Shown: piece after piece, positions 17,359-26,082 of the stretch
Numbering within the stretch: position 1 is the stretch's first letter
Layout of the letters: each line of letters begins with the position of its first letter
IMG/VR virus record: IMGVR_UViG_3300015370_000028
Span: 1 to 40,454 of that record
Length of the DNA stretch: 40,454 nt
From: a virus
Taxonomy: Duplodnaviria; Caudoviricetes
Direction: 5' to 3' (one strand)
Position numbers and translations under genes: made by a program
The notes under the pieces: generated by a model
What the model was told of the DNA's origin: nothing
Databases searched by the model: none
Seen by the model: the letters and a program-made list of their open reading frames with translations, nothing else

Positions 17359-18566
17359 AAACCTTACTAATAGATTTGGGTCAGTTCAATGCAGGAAGTC
17401 TGACCGATGTTACATTTTCATGGCATAATCACGGACTTGGTATGATTGCCACCGTGTGCAAAAAGCATGATATTGATGTTGATTATAAAAGTTGCAAAGA
17501 CGGATTAAGTGAAGAAGATTTAAAAGGTTACGATATTGTGGGTATTTCGATGATGTCATCGGATTACCCGCAAGCAATGGCAATTATTGACATAATAAAA
17601 CCTGAAAATCCAAATTGCAAAATTGTGGTCGGTGGAATACACGCAACGGTTGACCCCGACAGTTTGTTAAGGAACGATAAGATAGATTTTATCATAGCCG
17701 GCGAGGGCGAGATAAGTTTTGTAGAATATTTGAAAAGTGCATCTCCGCAGGGAAGCAGGATTATAAGAGGCAAGAATGTAAAGAATTTGGACATTTTGCC
17801 GTATGTAGACAGGGATATTTATTCAAGTCCACTTGAAAAAAATGTAGATGGTTGGGGAGAGTCCCCGATGGCAACTATGATAACGGCAAGGGGTTGTCCT
17901 TACAAATGCACATTCTGCCAACCAGCAGAGAGAAACCATTTCGGTTCAAATGTGCACAGGCGAAGCGTAGCAGATGTTATTGGTGAAATAAAATTTCTGA
18001 TAGACAAGTACGACCCGAAGTATTTTGTCTTTTATGACGACAGCTTTTGCTATGACATTCATTGGCTAAATGAGTTTATAAAACAGTACAGAGAAATAGG
18101 ATTGCCGTTTTTTGTATCTGCAAGGGCAGATTTTGTATGCAGGTTCCCTGATATGATAACCCTGCTTAAAAGTGTAGGCATGAAAGTAATTTCAGTAGGA
18201 TTTGAGTCAGGAAGCGATAGAATTTTAAGGATGATTAAAAAGGGTACTACCGTTGCACAGAACTACGAAGCCATAAAAATAATCGGCGAAGCGAACGTTA
18301 AGATATTTGCAAACATAATGTATGGATTTCCAGGTGAAGTAAAGCACGAACAGTTCGAAACTTACAACATGTGCAAGTTTATATCGGAATATGACAGCAT
18401 GATAAGCCCTGCATATTTTACGCCGTTTCCAGGAAGTTTTCTTGGTGATGAATGCAAACGAAAGGACTTGAGTTTAGTAAATGAAAATAACATGACAAGA
18501 TATGGCAGGGATAAAATAAAAGGTGTGGATTATGACTGGCTTGACAGTTTTATCTGGAGGAACTAA
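17355..18566 (+). CDS. cobalamin-binding radical SAM enzyme (class B methyltransferase-like)
   Basis: VVGGIHAT and GEGE (B12 domain); ARGCPYKCTFC (CxxxCxxC); FYDDSF; GFESGS. Confidence 0.92.
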   Translation: MKTLLIDLGQFNAGSLTDVTFSWHNHGLGMIATVCKKHDIDVDYKSCKDGLSEEDLKGYDIVGISMMSSDYPQAMAIIDIIKPENPNCKIVVGGIHATVDPDSLLRNDKIDFIIAGEGEISFVEYLKSASPQGSRIIRGKNVKNLDILPYVDRDIYSSPLEKNVDGWGESPMATMITARGCPYKCTFCQPAERNHFGSNVHRRSVADVIGEIKFLIDKYDPKYFVFYDDSFCYDIHWLNEFIKQYREIGLPFFVSARADFVCRFPDMITLLKSVGMKVISVGFESGSDRILRMIKKGTTVAQNYEAIKIIGEANVKIFANIMYGFPGEVKHEQFETYNMCKFISEYDSMISPAYFTPFPGSFLGDECKRKDLSLVNENNMTRYGRDKIKGVDYDWLDSFIWRN

Positions 18567-18587
18567 AACATCGAAAGGATATTCTCA

Positions 18588-18899
18588 ATGGCAACGATAA
18601 TAATGACAATTTCAAATGACAAAATCATACCGCAAGCAGAGATTGACCGCCACAGGGCAAACTACAGCAATAACAGGGATGCCTTTGTGGTGCAGTATAC
18701 TGATGCTTTCATACCTAACGGATATGTCATAACAAAAGATGATAATTTGGTTGAGCATATAAAAGACATAGACAAATCAGGCATTGACATTAAAAGGGAG
18801 ATTTACAAACAGGCACAGCATATAAAGGACGGAGCAAAATACTCACGGGACTCCTCTGTGTTGAAAGGAGAAAAGCCTTATGAGCCAAAAAAACCCTAA
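18588..18899 (+). CDS. hypothetical protein
   Basis: RBS AAAGGA; overlaps the terL start. Confidence 0.65.
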   Translation: MATIIMTISNDKIIPQAEIDRHRANYSNNRDAFVVQYTDAFIPNGYVITKDDNLVEHIKDIDKSGIDIKREIYKQAQHIKDGAKYSRDSSVLKGEKPYEPKKP

Positions 18900-20454
18900 G
18901 CTCAACGAAAAAGAACTTGCTGACAAGCTTGAAAAGCTAATCCTTGATAACCTGTTTTATTTTGACAGGGAACGTCTCGGTTATGACTGCCGCAAGAGTG
19001 CTCACTGGGACATGTGCAGGTTTATAGACGGCACATACAGCGACCACCCCGATATAATGGGTCGCAAATTCAAGTTAATCCTTATGCCCAGAAATACATA
19101 CAAGACAAGCCTTGTTACCATAGGCAAGCCTATAAATTTTCTTATAAAGAACCCTAACGGCAGGGTACTCATAGGAAACGAACTCTTTGACAATGCCAAA
19201 AGGTATCTTGGTGAAATAAAAGGGCACTTTGAGCAAAACGAAAAGCTAAGAACCTGCTACGGCGATTTTGTGGGTTCGGAATGGACAAAGGAACAGATAA
19301 CGGTAAAAGCCCGCACAGCCAACTTAAAAGAGCCTTCAATAGATACCTGCGGAATAGGTGTGGTAAAGGTAGGCATGCACTACGATTTGATAATACTGGA
19401 TGACATGCACTCACAGGCAAACACCAGAAGCAGGGGCATGATTAACGAGGTAATAGAATTTTACAAACTGGCACTTTCGCTTCTTGATCCGAATGGGGAA
19501 ATGATCGTAATTGGGACCCGGTGGACGTATTATGACCTGTATAACCACATAATAGAAAATGAAAAACACAGGTTTGATTATATAGTAAGGCAGGCAATAA
19601 ATTCTGATGGGCAGTTGCTTTTTCCTGAAGTGCTCTCCAGGGAGTTTTTAGCTGATGTGCGGTTGTCGCAGGGCAGTTTTCTATATAGCGGTCAGTACCA
19701 GAATGACCCCATCGATGATGAAACGGCAGAATTTAAAAAAGAAGATATACGGTATTTTGAAATAGACAAGTTTGAAAAATATGTTCCTGTTGATGAGCCC
19801 GACAGCCACAGGGGGCCGAATCCCAAGAATTACGGTGCAAATCAGATGAACTGGTACATGCACCTTGACCCTTCGAAAGGTGTAAAGCACGGCGACCTGT
19901 CAGGTCTTATCATATCGGCGGTTGACCCCAAAGGCAGGATATTTGTGCCTTACGCAGAAGGTTTTAACCTTAGAAAGAATGAGCTTATAGACAAGATGAT
20001 ATGGTTGCTGCGCAAAAACAGGTATATAACAAAGTTGCTTATTGAAACAAGGGGCTTTCAGGAATATATTGCAGACGATATTTACACTCGCTGCAGGAAA
20101 GAGAACATACCATTGCAAATAATGGAAATGCTAAGCTCAGATAGAAAAGATGACAGGATACTGGGGTTGCAGCCTATATTTGCAAGGGGCGACATATACC
20201 TTGCAAGGGGGTTACTGGAACTTGAAGACGAGATACTGCGGTTTGGCTCGTCAAAATATGACGACCTTTTTGACGCATTATCTTTTGGAGTCAAGCACTG
20301 GAAAGAGCCGACATCGGAATATGCAAATTCCGAAGGCGCAAAAGAAGGCACGGTTGACTGGTGGCGACAAACTGGAAGGGATGCAAACCCCGATAAATAT
20401 AAAGACGTAATCGGCAACAATGTTGCCTTGCAAAGGATTGGGATAAATGCCTAA
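18880..20454 (+). CDS. terL: terminase large subunit
   Basis: LMPRNTYKT Walker A variant, DLIILDD Walker B, IGTRW, nuclease HLDPS and YDDLFDALS. Confidence 0.92.
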   Translation: MSQKNPKLNEKELADKLEKLILDNLFYFDRERLGYDCRKSAHWDMCRFIDGTYSDHPDIMGRKFKLILMPRNTYKTSLVTIGKPINFLIKNPNGRVLIGNELFDNAKRYLGEIKGHFEQNEKLRTCYGDFVGSEWTKEQITVKARTANLKEPSIDTCGIGVVKVGMHYDLIILDDMHSQANTRSRGMINEVIEFYKLALSLLDPNGEMIVIGTRWTYYDLYNHIIENEKHRFDYIVRQAINSDGQLLFPEVLSREFLADVRLSQGSFLYSGQYQNDPIDDETAEFKKEDIRYFEIDKFEKYVPVDEPDSHRGPNPKNYGANQMNWYMHLDPSKGVKHGDLSGLIISAVDPKGRIFVPYAEGFNLRKNELIDKMIWLLRKNRYITKLLIETRGFQEYIADDIYTRCRKENIPLQIMEMLSSDRKDDRILGLQPIFARGDIYLARGLLELEDEILRFGSSKYDDLFDALSFGVKHWKEPTSEYANSEGAKEGTVDWWRQTGRDANPDKYKDVIGNNVALQRIGINA

Positions 20455-22255
20455 AAAAGAGGAAAAAACTAAAGGACCTATAATTTTAAAGAGCGAGGAC
20501 GAAAAGGTGCGTTTTTGGAAGGATTATGTCAACTGGGGCATAGCTTTTAAGGATACATATTACACGGCAAATGCAGAGCGGTGGCTGCGGTTTTTCAAGG
20601 GCACGCACTGGCCTGACCAGGATAAACTCTCAGAGGATACAAGGCTTGTGGTCAATTACTGTTACAGTATAACAAAATCTATTGTTCCGCAGATATATTT
20701 TCAAGACCCTTATTTTTATGTAACGGCTGCAAAACCCAAGTTTGAGCAGGGTCAGGCAATATCGGAAGCGGTGCTTAACAACGAGTGGCAGGTAATGGGC
20801 GCTAAAAAGCAGATACGAAGGATAGTACAGGATTTCCTTGTTATGAGTTTTGGTGCAGTTAAACAGGCATACCATACAAAATTTGTGCGTGACTATTCAA
20901 AACCAGACCTTGCCAGCGGGCTTGAGTATACAGAGTTTATTGAAGAAGAAAGACCCTGGCTGCTTCGGGTATCCCCGCAGGATATTATATTTGACCCCGA
21001 GGCGAAACACTTTGATGAGCGCAGGTGGCACGCAATAAAATATGTGCTTCCAGTTGTACAGGCAAAACAGCAATACAGTAATCTTTCAGACTTTGACGAA
21101 AAAGAGCAGGGGGCTTTTTCAAAGCAGTTTACAGATTTGGACGTAAAATTTATACATTCTGGTGATAACCAGATGTTTTCAAGGATAATTGTATGGGAAA
21201 TACACGACCTATCCGATAATAAAATTTTAACAATAGGCGAGGGTGTTGACAAGTTTCTGGAAGAAAAGGACAATCCTTACGACTTTCATACAAATTTAAC
21301 TCTTTACTCACCAAATACCATACCCGATGAGCTTTACCCGATATCTGAAATTTCACAGATTGCAGACCTTAACTGGGAACTTGACCAGGTTCGTACGCAG
21401 ATGATGAACCACAGAAAGAAAATGCAGAGAAAAATCATCGCAGAGCATGGTGCATTCCCGAATGATGTTGAGCGAAAGAAATTCCTTTCAGGCGAGGACA
21501 TGCAGATGGTAATAGTAACCGATGGGGCTATATCGAGTAAGAAAATTATGATAGTGGACGCAAGCGGTATATCACCGAGTTTTTATCAGTATGACGATAA
21601 GATTATAAATGATATGCAGAAGGTATCAGCTACGGGCGCTAACCTCATGGCAAACCCCGAAGAAGGGGACAAAACAGCAACAGAAGCGGCTATAATTGAT
21701 AAAAATGCAGGACTTAGAAACTCCGAGCGTCTTGACTATATGGCAGAATTTAGCGTTGAAGTAGCAACAAAACTGTTTAAAACAATACAGAAATTTGGTA
21801 CAGGTGATACCTTTTACAGCGAGAAGCTAAACGGGTGGATAGAATGGGCAAAGAAAAACATTGCGGGAGATTACAATGTAAACATACACATGGGCGCTAC
21901 CGCTCGCAGGAGCGAGGAAGCTGAAAGGGCAATGATAATCCAACTCCTGCCGTCAATAACGCAGATGGTGGGACGCAACGGACAGCCCGCCTGCAACCAA
22001 CCTGAACTGTTCAGGTATTTGTTCAAGAAATACGGCATGACAGAAGAAGAAATAAAAAGAATTATTTACCCTGAGAGTGACCAGCCGCCACAACCCAATC
22101 CTCCCAGGCAGGAAAGCAACGCCCCGCAAAATGATATAATCGCAGCGCTTTTGGGCGGCGGGCAGTACGGTATGCAGGGTGAGCGTCCCATGAATACGCA
22201 AGCACCGCAGGACGTAAACGCAATGGCCAGTATGCAGGCAGGAGGCATGCAGTGA
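20447..22255 (+). CDS. portal protein (P22/podovirus-like)
   Basis: Follows terL; 602 aa; RVSPQDIIFDP and KTATEA motifs; P/Q/M-rich tail. Confidence 0.85.
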   Translation: MPKKEEKTKGPIILKSEDEKVRFWKDYVNWGIAFKDTYYTANAERWLRFFKGTHWPDQDKLSEDTRLVVNYCYSITKSIVPQIYFQDPYFYVTAAKPKFEQGQAISEAVLNNEWQVMGAKKQIRRIVQDFLVMSFGAVKQAYHTKFVRDYSKPDLASGLEYTEFIEEERPWLLRVSPQDIIFDPEAKHFDERRWHAIKYVLPVVQAKQQYSNLSDFDEKEQGAFSKQFTDLDVKFIHSGDNQMFSRIIVWEIHDLSDNKILTIGEGVDKFLEEKDNPYDFHTNLTLYSPNTIPDELYPISEISQIADLNWELDQVRTQMMNHRKKMQRKIIAEHGAFPNDVERKKFLSGEDMQMVIVTDGAISSKKIMIVDASGISPSFYQYDDKIINDMQKVSATGANLMANPEEGDKTATEAAIIDKNAGLRNSERLDYMAEFSVEVATKLFKTIQKFGTGDTFYSEKLNGWIEWAKKNIAGDYNVNIHMGATARRSEEAERAMIIQLLPSITQMVGRNGQPACNQPELFRYLFKKYGMTEEEIKRIIYPESDQPPQPNPPRQESNAPQNDIIAALLGGGQYGMQGERPMNTQAPQDVNAMASMQAGGMQ

Positions 22256-22653
22256 AATTAATTGATGTACGATGTGAGCCGTCAAATGGTATTAGCACCA
22301 GTTGTGGCAAAGTTATAAATGATGTATTTGATGATGAAATGGTGGGGCAACCTTGTGAGTGCGGAGGAATTTACAGAAGAATGTATTCGGCAAGGATTTT
22401 CAAAGAATTTGTGCCAAGATTTTATGAGAATTTTGAACACGAACCGATATACATCGAAACGAGAGAACAGTTCAAGGATGAGTGCGACAAGAGAAATCTT
22501 TACCAGAAAAGCGGGGACGGGTGCTACGATATAAGACTCACCCCCAAAAGACACCCGACAGAACTGATTGTACCCGTAAAGAAAAAAAGAACGCAGGCAG
22601 TAACCCCTGAAAAGGCGGTCATTGATGCGTACGAGAAGTTAAACATAGAATAG
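22252..22653 (+). CDS. Zn-ribbon (FmdB-like) head-module protein
   Basis: DVRC...CG...CECGG..RRMYS; between portal and scaffold. Confidence 0.6.
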   Translation: MKLIDVRCEPSNGISTSCGKVINDVFDDEMVGQPCECGGIYRRMYSARIFKEFVPRFYENFEHEPIYIETREQFKDECDKRNLYQKSGDGCYDIRLTPKRHPTELIVPVKKKRTQAVTPEKAVIDAYEKLNIE

Positions 22654-22694
22654 GGGCTCGTTAGAGCTTTTAGATACAAAAAAGGAGAAGTAAA

Positions 22695-23534
22695 ATGTCA
22701 GGAATTGAAAACGGACAAAGTGTCAACAACCAAAACGCCCCCATAAGCGCAGAGGAATTGGCTGGCGCACCAAGCGACCAAGAACCAATTACCGAAGATG
22801 CTGGACAAGGTGTTGAGGCTGACAGCCCGGAAGTGGAAGAACCTACAAAACCGGGAGAAGGATCAAAACCAGCAAAAGGCCAACCCAAAGACTATGACGG
22901 TTTGCGTAAAGAATACACGCAGAACCAGCAGAAACTTGCCGAAACTGCAAGGCAGGTCGAATTTTACAGAAGTATGTTGCAAGACCCCGAAATAGCACCG
23001 ATAGTTAAGGCAAAACTTGCTGCCCTTGAGAGAGGCGAAACTTTTACGGCTGCACAATCAGCGCAAAAGTTACAGCCTGCAGCAGCGGGTGAGGAAGTAT
23101 TGCCAGACTATTCGCAGATGCAACCCAATGATGTTATAAAAGACATCTATAATAGGGTTTATACAAAGGTGAGAACGGAAATGGAAACTACTTTTGGCGA
23201 ACGAATTGAACCTGAAATAAACAGGATAAAGGCAGAAAAAGCGCAGGCAATAGTTACGGATTTTTTCAGAGTTGTACCGGAAGCGCAAACTTACCGCAAT
23301 GAACTTGCAGTTATAATGGGCACACGCAATGTAAACCTGCAGGATGCCTGGAAAATCTTTGATTATGACAATGCGCCAAGCAGAGCAAAACAGCAGTTTG
23401 AGCAGGACATAAAACTAAAGAAGGACGCAAACTTACTACAGACAGGGTCGGGCACTCCATCAGTCAAAACAAGTAAAAATCCCACAGCAGGGCAGGCGAT
23501 TGAAGCAGTGCTTGACAGGCTTGGGGTAAAATAA
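22695..23534 (+). CDS. capsid scaffolding protein
   Basis: Acidic disordered N-terminus; LRKEYTQNQQKLAE coiled coil; directly before the capsid gene. Confidence 0.8.
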   Translation: MSGIENGQSVNNQNAPISAEELAGAPSDQEPITEDAGQGVEADSPEVEEPTKPGEGSKPAKGQPKDYDGLRKEYTQNQQKLAETARQVEFYRSMLQDPEIAPIVKAKLAALERGETFTAAQSAQKLQPAAAGEEVLPDYSQMQPNDVIKDIYNRVYTKVRTEMETTFGERIEPEINRIKAEKAQAIVTDFFRVVPEAQTYRNELAVIMGTRNVNLQDAWKIFDYDNAPSRAKQQFEQDIKLKKDANLLQTGSGTPSVKTSKNPTAGQAIEAVLDRLGVK

Positions 23535-23547
23535 GGAGTGAAGTAAA

Positions 23548-23619
23548 ATGGTAACAGAAAGTAGAGTTGAAGAAATATTTTCAACGTCAATGTATAACTA
23601 CAAAAAGACCCTTGTCGAT
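23548..23619 (+). CDS. major capsid protein, exon 1 (24 codons, MVTESRVEEIFSTSMYNYKKTLVD)
   Basis: RBS AAGGAG; in-frame TAG two codons into the intron; joins in frame to 24321. Confidence 0.85.
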
Positions 23620-24320
23620 AAGTAGTATTGTCGACATAAAAGGTTAGTAATAAAGGGGACGCCCTCTAATAAAAACGGGCAACCCTTAACAAGCAGTTCT
23701 TTTTAGAACTAAAGGAGGCAGAAATGGCTGTAAAACCAGCAACGATTGCCTTAGCTTATTGTGCAGGATTAATAGACGGAGAAGGTTGTATATCTATCGG
23801 GAAGAAACCAAGAGTAACGCATAACAACTTAGGAAATAACCAAAATCCCAAAGGAAAGATTGAAAGGAAAGATACTTATACTTTAGATTATAAGTTAAAT
23901 ATAATAGTAGTGCAGAAAGATAAGATACTTTGCGATTGGTTAAGGGGTAATTTTGGTGGTTCGATAGGTATGGTTTACAGAAATAGAAGTGATGGTCAAA
24001 TTGATGAATATTTCAGGTGGTGTTTAGGTACAAATCCATCAACAGCATTACTTAAAAAACTAAAACCTTATCTTATATTAAAAAAAGCGCAAGCTATTGT
24101 TGCAATAGAATTTGGTAAACATTATCACAGAACTCTCGGCAAATGGAAAACTAAAGAAAACCTAAAAAAGAGAGAAGAATATTACCAAAAGCTAAGACAA
24201 CTTAAAAGAGAATTTGCAGTTGCAACGACTAAACCTAACCCAGATTTGAAGGAAATATAGCTAAAATCTGAAGTGATAGTCTGGACTGCAACGATAGTAA
24301 AGTTGCAGATTAACAAATCG
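23620..24320 (+). mobile_element. group I self-splicing intron (701 nt) in the major capsid gene
   Basis: Exon ends in U and intron ends in G; P1 GTCGAT/GTCGAC with U.G; P10; P3 GGTTAG/CTAACC; P7 GACTA/TAGTC; P8 CAGATTT/AAATCTG; P9 CTGCAAC/GTTGCAG. Confidence 0.92.
23724..24260 (+). CDS. single-motif LAGLIDADG homing endonuclease (intron-encoded)
   Basis: LAYCAGLIDGEGCISI; LKKLKPYLILKKAQA; RBS AAAGGAGG. Confidence 0.92.
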   Translation: MAVKPATIALAYCAGLIDGEGCISIGKKPRVTHNNLGNNQNPKGKIERKDTYTLDYKLNIIVVQKDKILCDWLRGNFGGSIGMVYRNRSDGQIDEYFRWCLGTNPSTALLKKLKPYLILKKAQAIVAIEFGKHYHRTLGKWKTKENLKKREEYYQKLRQLKREFAVATTKPNPDLKEI

Positions 24321-25229
24321 AATATTTTCGACAGTTATCCGCTTTTTGAAATGATTGAAAAGGGCGGAAACGAGGCAAGGGTGCTTGAGGACAGCGCAAA
24401 CGATATCATAATCCCGCTTATGTATGCTACAAATGCTACTGTAAAATCTTACAGCGGCTATGACTACATAGACATCACACCACAAATCGGTATCGGAAAT
24501 GCTAAGTATGGCATGAAGCAGGTCGCAGGCGCAGTAACAATTGATAGATTCTCTGAAAGGCAGAACGCAGGAAGAACACAGGTCATAAACCTGTTCAAGT
24601 CCAAAATGAAACAGCTTGAGATGAGCTTTATCGACCAGATAAACATAATGTTATTTGCCGATGGAACTGGCAATGAAAATAAGGACATTACAGGGCTTGC
24701 AGCACTTGTCGACCCAACACCTGCAACAGGAACAGTGGGCGGATGGAACGCAGCAAACTACTCATGGTGGAGAAACTACCAGGCAACTGGTTCAAAGACA
24801 ACCACCATCTATGATAACCTGCTATCAGCTATGAGGACTGCCTATAACACGGTTTCAAGGGGCAAGAAAGACAAACCGACCTTAATGATTACAGACCAGA
24901 CAACTTATGAGGGATATGAATCCCTGCTTACCGCTGATATCAATTTCAACGTAGGGCAGGTAAATCTTTCACAGGGAGATTTGGGCTGGGAGAACTTGAG
25001 GTACAAAGGTGCATTACTTACGTATGACCGTGACTGCACAAACGGATATATGTATTTACTAAATACAAACTATCTCGGATTGCACGCAGACAAGGAAACA
25101 TACTTTGAGCCGATGCCCTTCCAGAGAGCAGGAAACCAGGATTGCAGGACTTCAATAGTTTTGCTCTACGGTGAAATGACCGTATCCAACAGGGCACGAC
25201 AGGGAATACTGACAGCGACACAGAGCTAA
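24321..25229 (+). CDS. major capsid protein, exon 2 (spliced product 326 aa)
   Basis: NIFDSYPLF..., LFADGTG...ITGLAALVD; size and position fit an HK97-fold capsid; the ORF-track start 24273 lies inside the intron core. Confidence 0.88.
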   Translation, partial: NIFDSYPLFEMIEKGGNEARVLEDSANDIIIPLMYATNATVKSYSGYDYIDITPQIGIGNAKYGMKQVAGAVTIDRFSERQNAGRTQVINLFKSKMKQLEMSFIDQINIMLFADGTGNENKDITGLAALVDPTPATGTVGGWNAANYSWWRNYQATGSKTTTIYDNLLSAMRTAYNTVSRGKKDKPTLMITDQTTYEGYESLLTADINFNVGQVNLSQGDLGWENLRYKGALLTYDRDCTNGYMYLLNTNYLGLHADKETYFEPMPFQRAGNQDCRTSIVLLYGEMTVSNRARQGILTATQS

Positions 25230-25232
25230 GGT

Positions 25233-25302
25233 CTTTTTGTAAAAAATAATAGTCCCGTGCGGTAAAAGAGCTAACACGAAAGCCCGCAGGGACAAAAAGG
25301 AG
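25233..25302 (+). promoter_or_regulatory. structured leader abutting the RBS of the decoration gene
   Basis: GTCCC/GGGAC, TGCGG/CCGCA, GCT/AGC and CTTTTT/AAAAAG stems. Confidence 0.45.
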
Positions 25303-25309
25303 AAAAGTT

Positions 25310-25777
25310 ATGTATATAAAAACACACAAAAGAGCAGGATGGGAAACTGTTGATATGGTTGTCAAAAACTCATTGACATACCGGATAGTTGCAGGTATGC
25401 CTCTTTCCTGGGAAATAGTAACGGCACAGGACGGAAGTGTAGCGCTTCCTGCCACAAGCACTTTGAGGTGTGCGGCAGGTATTGCACTGGAAACTTTCGG
25501 TACTTCCGGGCAACATGATGAGGTAAAGAGGTGCAGGGCTTACGGATGGGTAGACAAGATATTTGTAGCAGGTACTACCATAACCGCAGGCGCTATGCTT
25601 GTGCCGAGTAATGGTAACAGTTATCTGACACTTGCAGTAAGCCATGCAACTTCAGCTATTGAAGCACCTACAGAAGGTTACATGTGGGCAATAGCAGGAA
25701 CAGCAGGTTGTGCTATCGCAACGTCAACATTTTCAACAGCTTACTACGTCACTGGCTTCGTAAGATGCCTGGGATAA
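25310..25777 (+). CDS. putative capsid decoration/cement protein
   Basis: Immediately after the capsid gene and before the terminator; A/T/G-rich; AGIALE and ITAGAML patterns. Confidence 0.6.
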   Translation: MYIKTHKRAGWETVDMVVKNSLTYRIVAGMPLSWEIVTAQDGSVALPATSTLRCAAGIALETFGTSGQHDEVKRCRAYGWVDKIFVAGTTITAGAMLVPSNGNSYLTLAVSHATSAIEAPTEGYMWAIAGTAGCAIATSTFSTAYYVTGFVRCLG

Positions 25778-25783
25778 AGCTTG

Positions 25784-25812
25784 GGGGGCGGGAAACTGCC
25801 CCCGATTATTTT
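25784..25812 (+). terminator. intrinsic terminator after the capsid genes
   Basis: GGGGGCGG-GAAA-CTGCCCCC followed by GATTATTTT. Confidence 0.75.
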
Positions 25813-25842
25813 AAATATTAGCCGAAAGGAGTTGGGTCTGAA

Positions 25843-26082
25843 GTGAGGAAAATACGTTTCAGGGTGGTAGAGTTAATAAAGTTGTTTTACTCAAAAGATG
25901 TCGATTACGAACTTATTGTATGTAAATGCCGTGTTTGCGGGCAACTCCGCTCAAGTTATGAATGGAACATGAAAGGAGTGATAAATTGTCCGAACTGCGG
26001 AAGCAATCAAATCGTATATCCTACGACATCAGCAAGGATTACAGCGAGTTTTGTAACTCAATTCCTAATAAGAGGATATTAG
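25843..26082 (+). CDS. Zn-ribbon protein overlapping the glycosyltransferase start
   Basis: CRVC...CPNC; AAGGAG upstream. Confidence 0.55.
   Translation: MRKIRFRVVELIKLFYSKDVDYELIVCKCRVCGQLRSSYEWNMKGVINCPNCGSNQIVYPTTSARITASFVTQFLIRGY

Noticed and set aside
6442-20454. Inteins or further introns in dnaB or terL
   Set aside because: Both are normal length and uninterrupted, with no intein splice motifs noticed
22651-22672. Hairpin TAGGGGCTC-GTTA-GAGCTTTTA as a terminator
   Set aside because: G.U-rich stem with no separate U-tract, in mid-operon; too weak to call
24273-24320. ORF-track start of the capsid protein (MIVWTATIVKLQINKS)
   Set aside because: Lies in the intron P7-P9 core with no RBS; the true N-terminus is exon 1 at 23548
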